32,000 nucleotides of DNA from Opitutales bacterium (GCA_965219535.1 CBDCNV010000001.1:240001-272000); one strand, 5' to 3'; shown: positions 23,810 to 32,000, numbered from the stretch's first letter. Notes: generated by a model from the letters alone, not told the origin. A program made the numbers and translations.

Positions 23810-24415
23810 CTACGATTCTTCCGGCGCCTCATTATACTTGAGGACACGTTTATTTGCGGGGAGAGGGGATAGAGTAACAAGAACATTTCTGCCAGCGAGT
23901 TTTGGATCAGAGTCTTTGTGCCCCACGTGAAGAAGATCATTTAGCGCCCTTTTTACAATCTCAAAGCCCAATTCTTTATGCTCATTTTCACGACCTCTAA
24001 AGATAAGGGATATTTTTAATTTATGGCCTTTGTAAAGGAAGTCTTCAGCATGACGCAGTTTGGTCATATAATCGTGTTGCTCAATACGCACACGTAACTT
24101 GACCTCTTTAATCTTTGCGGATTGTTGTTTAGAGTCTTTGCTTTTTTTAGATAGCTCATATTTGTATTTACCGAAATCGAGAATGCGGCAGACCGGGGGC
24201 CTGGCACTGGCGGAAACTTCAACTAAATCCAAACCGTGTGTTTTGGCTAGATTGAGGGCTTCATTAGTCGGCAAGACTCCAATCTGTTTTGAATCAGGAC
24301 CTATAAGACGGACTTCGCGCGCTCGTATACGCTCGTTTTTGCGTATATACGTTTTCCCTTGATACTTCTTGCCTTTTCCCCGGTATTGGCCGGGTGAGCT
24401 GAATTGTCTCGCCAT
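23810..24415 (-). CDS. infC: Translation initiation factor IF-3
   Basis: Contains NERIRAREVRLIGPDSKQIGVLPTNEALNLAKTHGLDLVEV and a C-terminal domain with KEVKLRVRIEQHDY. Has a basic N-terminal extension. Length is 201 aa. Confidence 0.95.
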   Translation of the reverse strand: MARQFSSPGQYRGKGKKYQGKTYIRKNERIRAREVRLIGPDSKQIGVLPTNEALNLAKTHGLDLVEVSASARPPVCRILDFGKYKYELSKKSKDSKQQSAKIKEVKLRVRIEQHDYMTKLRHAEDFLYKGHKLKISLIFRGRENEHKELGFEIVKRALNDLLHVGHKDSDPKLAGRNVLVTLSPLPANKRVLKYNEAPEES

Positions 24416-24608
24416 AAAATCTTCCTACAGAACTAGCAGAGCGATGCGTGGCAAACGTTTCTGCGACGAGCAATGGGGGTGGTTATTTTTGAAAGTGTGT
24501 TGATAGAACTAATAGTGTTATTGTCTTATGGAATTTGGGTAATAGTGGACGTTAATGTAGCATTTTCAACCTTTTTCCGCTATAGTTTTGAGGCTTTTTT
24601 TTTGCAAC

Positions 24609-26072
24609 TTAAGTCGCACCATCTCCCGATAGAACAGTGGGAATAGTGCGAAGCAATATTGAGATATCCAACCATAAGCTCCAATGATCGATATATTCGA
24701 GGTCGAGACGAACCCATTCTGTAAAATCATCAATTTTATTGCGCCCTGAAACTTGCCAAAGCCCGGTAACACCAGGTAATACGCTATAGCGCCGATGGTC
24801 CTTAAGGGCTTCGAAGTTTTCTGTTTCGTATACCGGCAGCGGCCGGGGACCGACCATACTCATTTCACCTTTTAACACGTTGAAAACCTGAGGCAATTCA
24901 TCGAGACTGAATCGGCGCATAAATTTTCCCAAGGGAGTAATTCTTGGATCGTTTCCAGACTTAAAAACCGGGCCCTTTATTTCATTCTGCGGACGCACTT
25001 CAGGCAATTGATCCTCCGCATCTATCGTCATGGTGCGGAATTTTATCATCGCGAATGGCTTACCCCGATAGCCAGTGCGCGACTGCACGAAGAAAATCGG
25101 CCCCTGTGAGCTGAGTTTTATTGCGAATGAAATTATTAGATATAGCGGGCTGAGAAGGATAATTAAAAATAAAGATAAACCTAAATCGAAAAAACGTTTA
25201 ACGATAAATTGACCTTCATAATGCTGAGCCATTTTGAAGACGACGACGGGTTTACCTCCATACTCATCGACAATTGGTCGTGACACTAAAGGTAAGAGGA
25301 AATCATCGAAATACCATACTTCGATTCCCTGTTCTTCGCAAATGCTTAAGACCTTCTGTGAGGTAATTGTGCGCTCACGCGATTCAGCCAGAACGACAAG
25401 ATCATAGGTTTCTTGAGTTAAATGAGGGGCCAATGAATTTATCTGTCCAATAATTTTATCATGGAGTATTTCAGGGACCGAATCTTTATCACCCTCAGTG
25501 AGCAGAATACCTTTTAAGATGACACTTGAAAAAGGTCGCAGGTTAAAGTCATCGAGCCAACGTTGTGTATCAGAGGCACCACATACAAGTAAAGCTGCTA
25601 AAGGATTCTTACGATAGTATTTATCTACGAGGTACTGACGGAAGATTATCTCTTTACTTATTTGATAAAGAACAAATAAACCGCCGAAGCCAAAGAACAA
25701 TGATCGGTTAACATTAAAAACTGAGAAAAAATAAAAAAATATGGCGGCGATTCCTAACCCGATACCGACGCTTTTAAGGGAATGATAGGTGATCTGGTAC
25801 CATTTAATAAAAAGATCGAGTTGATATATGCGGTTAAGTTTGAGCGAAATGAAAAGACTTAAAAGAATGACAAGAAATACCCAGCCTTGTTCTTTAAGAT
25901 GAGCGACATCCTGGATGTTAAATGGATAACCAGTTATCGCGCGCAGAAAACTTTCCCACGGACCTCTAAAATAAGAGAGGGAGAAATAAACGGCGACCAT
26001 CAGGATGAGTCCAGCGAGGACATCCAGAATGAAGCTGAGATTTTCCAGTAAACTTTTTTTGCGGCCTAACAT
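24609..26072 (-). CDS. Polyprenyl-phosphate glycosyl-1-phosphate transferase (WbaP/EpsB-type exopolysaccharide priming sugar transferase)
   Basis: Has N-terminal TM helices and a C-terminal bacterial sugar-transferase domain containing SLDELPQVFNVLKGEMSMVGPRP and WQVSGRN. Length is 487 aa. Confidence 0.85.
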   Translation of the reverse strand: MLGRKKSLLENLSFILDVLAGLILMVAVYFSLSYFRGPWESFLRAITGYPFNIQDVAHLKEQGWVFLVILLSLFISLKLNRIYQLDLFIKWYQITYHSLKSVGIGLGIAAIFFYFFSVFNVNRSLFFGFGGLFVLYQISKEIIFRQYLVDKYYRKNPLAALLVCGASDTQRWLDDFNLRPFSSVILKGILLTEGDKDSVPEILHDKIIGQINSLAPHLTQETYDLVVLAESRERTITSQKVLSICEEQGIEVWYFDDFLLPLVSRPIVDEYGGKPVVVFKMAQHYEGQFIVKRFFDLGLSLFLIILLSPLYLIISFAIKLSSQGPIFFVQSRTGYRGKPFAMIKFRTMTIDAEDQLPEVRPQNEIKGPVFKSGNDPRITPLGKFMRRFSLDELPQVFNVLKGEMSMVGPRPLPVYETENFEALKDHRRYSVLPGVTGLWQVSGRNKIDDFTEWVRLDLEYIDHWSLWLDISILLRTIPTVLSGDGAT

Positions 26073-26138
26073 CTATGCCTCTATGAAAGGAGGAATACCT
26101 TTATCCAGGGAGCATGCTATCAAGCGATAGACTTATGG

Positions 26139-26516
26139 TTATAGACTGAAGCTTTCTCCACAAGAACAACTGGATTTTGCATTGGGGTTTTCAAACTTGA
26201 AACCTCCGGCTATCAACTGCGAAGAGTAGTCAAGTTGTGTTCCCTTAAGGTAGAGAGCGCTTTTACTGTCGACGATGATATTAGCACCGGACGTCTGGAC
26301 CATGATGTCACCACCTTTAGGGCTTTCCGCGAACACCATCTTGTAGCTGAGACCATTACAGCCTCCACCGGTGATGGCCACGCGCAGGTAGTTGCCTTTT
26401 TGCTCTCGCTCGATGAGAGAAAAAATTTTTTCTCCCGCGACTTTCGTCAGTTTGATCAAATTTTCATTACCCAAGCGGACACCTTGAGGCAGGCTGGTAG
26501 TAGTGGAATCTGACAT
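26139..26516 (-). CDS. Iron-sulfur cluster insertion/assembly protein, HesB/IscA/ErpA family
   Basis: Contains LRVAITGGGCNGLSY and C-terminal NPNAKSSCSCGESF (three conserved Cys). Length is 125 aa. Confidence 0.85.
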   Translation of the reverse strand: MSDSTTTSLPQGVRLGNENLIKLTKVAGEKIFSLIEREQKGNYLRVAITGGGCNGLSYKMVFAESPKGGDIMVQTSGANIIVDSKSALYLKGTQLDYSSQLIAGGFKFENPNAKSSCSCGESFSL

Positions 26517-26685
26517 TGTATGAGAGGAGGATGAACAGTAAAAAAGTGCGTTAGCGGAAAATAATTAAGCCTGGGCAGGGATCTTTATTATGGATTCAGA
26601 TGCCAGCTTCTTATTTTAGCCTTATTATAGTATAGGAATTCCACTTAAAATCAAGTATCAAGCCCATTCCCTTGAGAGGGGATGC

Positions 26686-27612
26686 TTATGCACTTAAGAC
26701 GAATGAGCTTAACTTATGTGCTAGCTCAATAGCCTGGTTCAAGCTTTGGTGTCGGGCGATGCCTTTCCCCGCGATATTAAAACCTGTTCCATGATCTGGG
26801 CTGGTGCGGATCCATGGAAGACCCAGTGTAATATTCACCGCAGTGTCGAAATCAATAGTTTTAAGTGGGCCCAGACCTTGGTCGTGATAGAGGGCCACGA
26901 CGATATCGAATTCACCTTGAAGGTGGCGCCAGAATAAGGTGTCCGCTGCCTGGCATAGAGAAAGGCGAGGATACTTTTCCCCTAATTTCTTTAGAATAGG
27001 ATTAATAGTTAACACTTCCTCTTCGCCTAAGATCCCTTCTTCCCCGGCGTGGGGGTTAAGTCCGCATACCCCAATGCGTGGTTGCTTTGCGCCATGAACA
27101 ATTGCTAATTGATTAGCGCTCTCTATGGCATTGGCTAAGTTATCCGTGTTTAAATGTTCAGCTACGGATATTAAAGGTATATGCCATGTGACAAGTACAA
27201 CGCGCATGCGGCCCCCGGCAAATGCCATGACCGGTGTCCCACCCCAGCGATGAGCAAAAAATTCTGTTTGTCCTGGATAATCAAAACCCACGCGTTTCAT
27301 CCAAATTTTACTTACCGGTCCACTGACGACCGCGGAAAAGCGTTTATCTATGCAGCCGGAAGCGGCAGTTTCCAGAGCTTCCAGCGCAATTTCGGCACCT
27401 GTGAGACTCGGTTCACCGGCCATTATCTGAAATGATTTTGGCCCCACCGATTGGGTGGCAACTGGATATTTTTCAACGATGCGTTCGAGCCAGGTTGTGG
27501 GGCCAATCAGGCAGACGGATTCAAGAAGTGGGTTCTCTTCTTTAACCCAGTTTTCGATTATTTCAGGGCCCACGCCAGCGGGGTCTCCAGAGGTGATCGC
27601 GATCTTATTCAT
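26686..27612 (-). CDS. pdxA: 4-hydroxythreonine-4-phosphate dehydrogenase
   Basis: Contains ITSGDPAGVGPEI, GLNPHAGEEG, YHDQGL and TSPDHGT motifs. Length is 308 aa. Confidence 0.9.
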   Translation of the reverse strand: MNKIAITSGDPAGVGPEIIENWVKEENPLLESVCLIGPTTWLERIVEKYPVATQSVGPKSFQIMAGEPSLTGAEIALEALETAASGCIDKRFSAVVSGPVSKIWMKRVGFDYPGQTEFFAHRWGGTPVMAFAGGRMRVVLVTWHIPLISVAEHLNTDNLANAIESANQLAIVHGAKQPRIGVCGLNPHAGEEGILGEEEVLTINPILKKLGEKYPRLSLCQAADTLFWRHLQGEFDIVVALYHDQGLGPLKTIDFDTAVNITLGLPWIRTSPDHGTGFNIAGKGIARHQSLNQAIELAHKLSSFVLSA

Positions 27613-27644
27613 AAGCCGGTATATATTGCGCTCGCAGATTTCTG

Positions 27645-28253
27645 CTATTCTGTAAACAAATCCATCTGCGGTTCCTTTATGAGATCGTAATTTTTTAAAA
27701 TGCGCATGATTTGAAGAATTTCGGACTTCTGGTAATTGTGATTGGTCTGCACTTTAGCAAGTATATCCAGAAGCATGGAACGAAAAGAAATGATGCCATC
27801 AATCCCGTGTTCACGTAACAATTTAATGCTTTCCGAGCGATGGGGGTCTGCCGTAGGCAATCCGGGCAGGACAAGTATTTTCAACGTCATCGAGCTGTCA
27901 TCAACATCTTCATCCTCGAATTTAAATATCTCTTCCGCTTTTTTAAGAACATTTTTTTGCAGAAAATTAAATATATCTGAACTGCTTCGCAGCATGTTCG
28001 GTGTGAAGTGCAAGGTGGTATGCCAGGCTTTGACAACGACAATTGCACGATGGATATATTGCAATTCACTTGAAAAAAGAAAAAAGTCAGGCGCGCGATC
28101 GGTTCTGAGGTAGGTGGGATTATAAACAATGAGATCGATTTCTTCCTCGGCCATTTTCCTTCGTGACTGGACCTGGTATTTTCGCAATTGACGCACGAGA
28201 AATCCATGCAGCTCAAAATACTCGCGTACTATATTTTCGTCGAAGCCGGCCAT
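27645..28253 (-). CDS. Hypothetical protein (202 aa) with a PD-(D/E)xK-like N-terminal pattern
   Basis: No family recognised. The N-terminal third reads ENIVREYFELHGFLV ... EEEIDLIVYNP ... RAIVVVKAWH. That order (alpha-helix with Glu, hhhD, hhhK) resembles restriction-endonuclease-fold proteins, but the acidic residue of the ExK motif is Val. Confidence 0.35.
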   Translation of the reverse strand: MAGFDENIVREYFELHGFLVRQLRKYQVQSRRKMAEEEIDLIVYNPTYLRTDRAPDFFLFSSELQYIHRAIVVVKAWHTTLHFTPNMLRSSSDIFNFLQKNVLKKAEEIFKFEDEDVDDSSMTLKILVLPGLPTADPHRSESIKLLREHGIDGIISFRSMLLDILAKVQTNHNYQKSEILQIMRILKNYDLIKEPQMDLFTE

Positions 28254-28262
28254 TAATTAAAA

Positions 28263-28311
28263 TAGGAATTAGGAATTAGGAATTATAAATTAGGAATTGG
28301 GAATTAAAATT
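28263..28311. repeat. 7-bp tandem array TAGGAAT x3, TATAAAT, TAGGAAT, TGGGAAT, TAAAAT in the 71-bp gap between aroB and the hypothetical gene
   Basis: Read directly. The period is exactly 7 over about 49 bp. The same TAGGAA word forms the dyads at 16851 and 16889. Confidence 0.85.
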
Positions 28312-28324
28312 CAGTCATTCTAAT

Positions 28325-29431
28325 TCATTTTTCGGTAGCGCCGGCTTCGAGCCATAAATCGTCTATCCAATCTTCTTTTATATTATCCACGATGACGGCC
28401 TTACCGATGCGCTCGAGGGCAATAAAGTTAAGCTTCCCGTGTAATATCTTTTTATCTCTTTTCATCGCATCAGTGAGTGTAGCTATAGGTAAAGGATTCC
28501 GCAAGCTGATCGGTAATTCGTATGCTTTGATTAGATTAATAATCACATCCAAATCATTCTGAGAGAGATGACCCAACCGCTGTGATAACTTGCCTGCCAG
28601 GACTAGACCGACCGCGACTGCTTCACCGTGCAAGTATTGATCATAACCTGTAGCAGCTTCAATGGCGTGAGCAAAAGTATGGCCAAGATTAAGCAAAGCC
28701 CTCCCTCCCGATGCGTCGGTCTCTTTTTCGTCCTTTCCGACAATAGATGCTTTAATCATACAACAATTTCGAATAATGCTCGGCAAATCCTTGTGGTCGG
28801 GTGAGAGTTTCCCGCTCTCCTGTAATTGTGAGAAAAGATCGGCGTCGGCAAGCAGGCCATATTTTATTACTTCTGCCATTCCGGCGCTGAACTCATTTTG
28901 AGGCAGTGTTTGTAGAAAACCACTGTGGATAAATACGGCTTTAGGTTGATAGAAAGCACCGACCAAATTCTTCCCCGCGGTCAGGTTAATTCCTGTTTTA
29001 CCACCAACAGAACTATCAACCATTGCCAGTAGGGTGGTAGGTATCTGGTATAATGTTATACCACGCATGTAAGAGGCAGCAGCATAACCAGCCAAGTCTC
29101 CAATCACTCCACCACCGATCGCTATAATTGCTCCGCTTCGGTCGATTCGACTATTCGCTAAATCACGATAAATATCTTCGAGTCCGCTAATGGATTTAGA
29201 CTGTTCACCTGCCTTGAGGGTTATTCTGACCGCGGGCGGGTGGGGAAGAAAATCGAAACCACTGAAATTTCTCTCTAAGGTTTCTTCAATAACCTGGTCC
29301 GTGACAATCGCGTATCGAAGATCTGCAGAAAAGTTCTGCTCCAAGTTTGCTTTTAATTCACTCCAATCATTCTGAGTAAAGAAAATCCTATAGCTTCTGT
29401 TACCCAGTTCCACTGAATGTGTGGCAGTCAT
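28325..29431 (-). CDS. aroB: 3-dehydroquinate synthase
   Basis: Contains GGGVIGDLAGYAAASYMRGI, VDSSVGGKTG and LNLGHTFAHAIE. I trimmed the track ORF to the Met at 29431 (MTATHSVELGN). The upstream 83 codons overlap ftsY in another frame. The ATG overlaps the ftsY TGA (ATGA). Confidence 0.9.
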   Translation of the reverse strand: MTATHSVELGNRSYRIFFTQNDWSELKANLEQNFSADLRYAIVTDQVIEETLERNFSGFDFLPHPPAVRITLKAGEQSKSISGLEDIYRDLANSRIDRSGAIIAIGGGVIGDLAGYAAASYMRGITLYQIPTTLLAMVDSSVGGKTGINLTAGKNLVGAFYQPKAVFIHSGFLQTLPQNEFSAGMAEVIKYGLLADADLFSQLQESGKLSPDHKDLPSIIRNCCMIKASIVGKDEKETDASGGRALLNLGHTFAHAIEAATGYDQYLHGEAVAVGLVLAGKLSQRLGHLSQNDLDVIINLIKAYELPISLRNPLPIATLTDAMKRDKKILHGKLNFIALERIGKAVIVDNIKEDWIDDLWLEAGATEK

Positions 29432-30360
29432 GCTTTCTCCAAACCCAATAGAGCATCCACATAATTGTCCACCGTAAAGGGCAGTAAGTCCTCCGCTTTT
29501 TCTCCAAGACCGACGAAATAAACAGGTAGTTTTAATTCCTGATAAATACTGATTATTGAACCGCCACGACTCGTGCCATCTAACTTTGTAATGATCAGGC
29601 CGGTTAGACCAAACTGCTCGTTGAACTGTCGTGCCTGTTCGATAGAATTTGAGCCAATACTTCCATCGATCACCAGCCAACTGTGGTGAGGTAGAGCGGG
29701 ATCATTCTTCTGAAGGACGCGCCGGATTTTTTTCAACTCTTCCATAAGTTTACCTTTGGTGTGGAGACGTCCAGCCGTATCGAGAATGAGAATGTCGCGC
29801 TTGCGATTGAGAGCGGCTTGATAGGCATCATAAGCGACGGCAGCGGCATCCGCTCCCTCCTGGCTCGCAACCAGATCGAGGTCGAGCGTCTCTGCCCAGC
29901 TTTGTATCTGTTCATTTGCGGCTGCTCGAAAAGTATCACAGGCACCAAGAAGTGTCGACCATCCGTTTTGATTGAAGTGGTAACCAAGTTTGGCGGCGGT
30001 AGTTGTCTTACCTGAGCCGTTAATTCCCACGAGGCAGATTACTATTGGTTTGGTCCCATCTGAATCCAGTTTGCGATCGGCACCGGCGAGCAACTGCTTT
30101 AATACCGCGGATGCAATGGTCGTGACCTCTTGATGGCGTAGTGTTCGATCCTTTTCGTAGGCTGTTTTAATTTCATCGATAATTTTCATTGTGCCATCAA
30201 CACCGATATCAGCACCATAGAGAGCTTCTTCAATGCGATCGATCGTCCCGGGCTCAATTTCTTTGCCGGAGATTAAACCGTCGACTGAACCGAAGACAGA
30301 GTAAAATGTCGGTGCGGTTTTCTTGAGCCCGTCTTTAAATTTCTGGAAAATTCCCGACAT
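29428..30360 (-). CDS. ftsY: Signal recognition particle receptor FtsY (short form, NG domain only)
   Basis: Contains GINGSGKTTTAAKLG (P-loop), DTAGRLH, TKLDGTSRGG and a C-terminal FVGLGEKAEDL. Length is 310 aa. Confidence 0.9.
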   Translation of the reverse strand: MSGIFQKFKDGLKKTAPTFYSVFGSVDGLISGKEIEPGTIDRIEEALYGADIGVDGTMKIIDEIKTAYEKDRTLRHQEVTTIASAVLKQLLAGADRKLDSDGTKPIVICLVGINGSGKTTTAAKLGYHFNQNGWSTLLGACDTFRAAANEQIQSWAETLDLDLVASQEGADAAAVAYDAYQAALNRKRDILILDTAGRLHTKGKLMEELKKIRRVLQKNDPALPHHSWLVIDGSIGSNSIEQARQFNEQFGLTGLIITKLDGTSRGGSIISIYQELKLPVYFVGLGEKAEDLLPFTVDNYVDALLGLEKA

Positions 30361-30417
30361 TGGGTAAAATATATAATAGAGGGAGATTCAATCTAGTGAA
30401 TTACATAGATTGAAAAC

Positions 30418-30852
30418 TCAATCGATTACTGGTTCCCGAAAGGGGCGGTTAAGCTTCGCTTTCAACTGGTCGAGGATACCATTGATAAAGCGCCTGGCGT
30501 CGGGGATGGAAAATACTTTAGTTAAGTCGATGGCTTCATTGATAGAAACTACGGGGGGGATATCTGTTCGGAAGAGAAGTTCATATATTGCCAGTCGAAG
30601 TATGGCCAGGTCGACTTTAGCGATTCTCCGAAAGGACCAGTTTTGTGCGTATGAATTTATCTCATTGTCGATTTCATCACGATTTTCTAACGTTCCACGG
30701 ATAAGTTCATCGGCAAAATTATAGAATTCACGTGGATTTTCCTGATCATCAAAAAATTGCTTCAGTTCAATTTCCAGATCATCGGTGGGGTTGATATCCC
30801 ACATATAGAGAAATTGAAAGGCGGCGATGCGGTTGTCACGTCGAGTACTCAT
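30418..30852 (-). CDS. nusB: Transcription antitermination factor NusB
   Basis: A 144-aa protein containing RRDNRIAAFQFLY and DLAILRLAIYELLFRTDIPPVVSINEAIDL. It follows ribH, which is the usual ribH-nusB pairing. Confidence 0.9.
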   Translation of the reverse strand: MSTRRDNRIAAFQFLYMWDINPTDDLEIELKQFFDDQENPREFYNFADELIRGTLENRDEIDNEINSYAQNWSFRRIAKVDLAILRLAIYELLFRTDIPPVVSINEAIDLTKVFSIPDARRFINGILDQLKAKLNRPFREPVID

Positions 30853-31430
30853 GAATCCCCATTCTTTGTATTCGATTCTCTTTCCGTAATACTGTCCCGC
30901 GTTTCCTCTTCATGCTGAGCGGGCAATTCATTATGCTCTAAAACCCCTTGAGCTGACCACCATTTTAAGAGCCGATTGTTTACCTCTGCCATCTCGAGTG
31001 CGGCGAGCGCAAACTCTTTACCACGGTTAATATCACTACCACAACGAACCTCAGCCTGTTCACGCGTTGCGGTAATTATGCCATTAATAATAGGCGTGTT
31101 TGTATCGATCGCTATTTGCTGAATTGCCAAACTGGAACTTTGGGCGATGATCTCGTGATGATCAGTTTCCCCAGCAATAATAACACCCAGCGCGATGAGA
31201 CAATCAAAGTGCATCGGCTCGGCAAGCATACTGATGGTATATGGTATCTCATGTGAACCGGGGACGCGGATCAATTCAATGGCGTCTTCCTCTACGCCCG
31301 CTTGCGTGAGATTTTTCAGCACATTGTCGAGTAAAAGGTCCACCAGCTCTTGATTGTAGCGAGAGGCGACGATCGCAAAGCTGCGGTTGCGCGCATCAGT
31401 GCTTAAAGATTCTGGTATTTCGAGACTCAT
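30849..31430 (-). CDS. ribH: 6,7-dimethyl-8-ribityllumazine synthase with an acidic C-terminal extension of about 35 aa
   Basis: Contains FAIVASRYNQ, VPGSHEIP and GVIIAGETDHHEII. The core ends near ALEMAEVNNRL, and the tail is LKWWSAQGVLEHNELPAQHEEETRDSITERESNTKNGDS. The stop overlaps the nusB ATG (ATGA). Confidence 0.9.
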   Translation of the reverse strand: MSLEIPESLSTDARNRSFAIVASRYNQELVDLLLDNVLKNLTQAGVEEDAIELIRVPGSHEIPYTISMLAEPMHFDCLIALGVIIAGETDHHEIIAQSSSLAIQQIAIDTNTPIINGIITATREQAEVRCGSDINRGKEFALAALEMAEVNNRLLKWWSAQGVLEHNELPAQHEEETRDSITERESNTKNGDS

Positions 31431-31459
31431 GAATGCTGAATAAAGTTAAACCGACGTCG

Positions 31460-32000
31460 TCAAGTTAATGGAATTTGCTCAACGATTTCCAAATCATAGC
31501 CATCGAGAGCGATGACCTTGCGGTGGGTACTGGATAGCAGTCTGATTTTTTTCAGGCCGAGTTCAGATAATATCTGGGCACCAATACCATAGTCGCGAAA
31601 GTCCATACGCGCGGGAGCTATTTTACCATTTTTTTCCTTACCTGTTTTCTCGACATTAAATCCACTATGAGGTTGTTCGAGGTAGAGTATGACCCCGTTC
31701 TTTTCTTTCGCGATCCATTCGAGAGAGGAAACGAGGGATTGATGACTATTCATATCGCGCGCTTGAAAAATATCACTCAGCAGGTTTTCACTGTGGACGC
31801 GCACAAGCGTTGGATCGGGACTGAGATTGCCAATGCTAAGTGCTATATGGTGGCGGCCATCAATTTTATTACGATAGACATGCAAATCAAACTTACCATA
31901 AGCGGAGGCGAAAGGTTGTTCAGTCAGCTTTTCGACGAGCTTTTCACGTTTGTGTCGATATTGGATAAGGTCGGCGATGGAGATCAGCTTAAGCCCTAAT
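31460..32000 (-). CDS. ribBA: RibBA-type protein, C-terminal part (DHBP-synthase end plus a degenerate GTP-cyclohydrolase-II-like domain); 5' part is outside the window
   Basis: The reading frame stays open upstream of the track start (which is an internal TTG) to the window edge. It reads LGLKLISIADLIQYRHKREKLVEKLTEQPFASAYGKFDLHVYRNKIDGRHHIALSIG..., the typical RibB-RibA junction. The GCHII-like part keeps LVRVHSE, DFRDYGIGAQIL and LLSSTHRK but lacks the Zn cysteines. Confidence 0.75.
   Translation of the reverse strand, partial: LGLKLISIADLIQYRHKREKLVEKLTEQPFASAYGKFDLHVYRNKIDGRHHIALSIGNLSPDPTLVRVHSENLLSDIFQARDMNSHQSLVSSLEWIAKEKNGVILYLEQPHSGFNVEKTGKEKNGKIAPARMDFRDYGIGAQILSELGLKKIRLLSSTHRKVIALDGYDLEIVEQIPLT

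Noticed and set aside
22753-23940. Full-length track ORF for the amidase (395 aa) overlapping infC by 131 nt.
   Set aside because: The first 50 codons have no signal-peptide or amidase character and overlap the infC coding region. Met51 (23790) is followed by a typical hydrophobic signal sequence and leaves a 19-nt gap after the infC stop.
23810-24415. Non-canonical (AUU/AUA) start for infC, as in E. coli autoregulation.
   Set aside because: A normal ATG opens the ORF, and basic N-terminal extensions are common in IF-3. The internal ATA codon before KNERIRAREV has no supporting SD, so there is no evidence for it.
28325-29680. Full-length track ORF for aroB (451 aa) overlapping ftsY by about 250 nt.
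   Set aside because: The first 83 codons (MAGDRWKYWLKFYRTG...) are Trp/Arg-rich out-of-frame read-through of ftsY. AroB homology begins at MTATHSVELGN (29431), where the ATG overlaps the ftsY stop.

Overview
A 32-kb chromosomal segment, densely coding on both strands and dominated by housekeeping genes. Taxonomy is only a weak guess: dapL-type lysine synthesis and a TIGR03790-like secreted protein suggest a PVC/Verrucomicrobia-like bacterium.

Gene order, left to right:
- Left edge: 5' part of a tyrosine integrase abutting the 3' end of tRNA-Leu(UAA), so an integrated element probably lies off-window. Then an ExoD-like membrane protein, nadD and rsfS.
- 3-9.5 kb: GT4 glycosyltransferase, flippase-like (UPF0104/LPG-synthase-TM) membrane protein, HpnN-like MMPL/RND transporter, class-III aminotransferase.
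- 9.6-14 kb: small membrane protein, dapL, panC, nadB.
- 14-16.8 kb: OsmC-like protein, a frameshifted Nramp-like transporter, a hypothetical membrane protein.
- 17-21.5 kb: orphan fliA (sigma-28), lipoprotein alpha/beta hydrolase, DeoR regulator, VOC/glyoxalase, clpP.
- 21.5-27.6 kb: TIGR03790-like secreted protein, Amidase_3 amidase, infC, polyprenyl-phosphate sugar transferase, HesB/IscA-type Fe-S protein, pdxA.
- 27.6-32 kb: 202-aa hypothetical, aroB, ftsY, nusB, ribH, and a RibBA-type gene with a degenerate GTP-cyclohydrolase-II domain.

I found no CRISPR array, rRNA, transposase or recognisable defence operon.

The most unusual content is non-coding:
- Nearly every longer spacer is built from short repeated words: GTCAAAAG/GTCGAAGG, GTGAACA, GCGTGAA/GCGAAGATGCG with their complements, and TAGGAAT.
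- At gene 3' ends these words form long imperfect inverted repeats, including a perfect 21-bp pair 139 nt apart.
- Some spacers share the same module order, and the words run into the last codons of several genes.
- A roughly 80-110-bp element with terminal inverted repeats occurs twice, in opposite orientation, bracketing the OsmC/Nramp segment. An internal 8-bp hairpin differs between copies by one compensatory base-pair change.
- Upstream of fliA there is a near-consensus sigma-54 -24/-12 promoter preceded by four dyad-symmetric sites.

CDS coordinates follow the supplied ORF track. Non-CDS coordinates were counted by hand and anchored on ORF ends, so allow about 1 nt of error.
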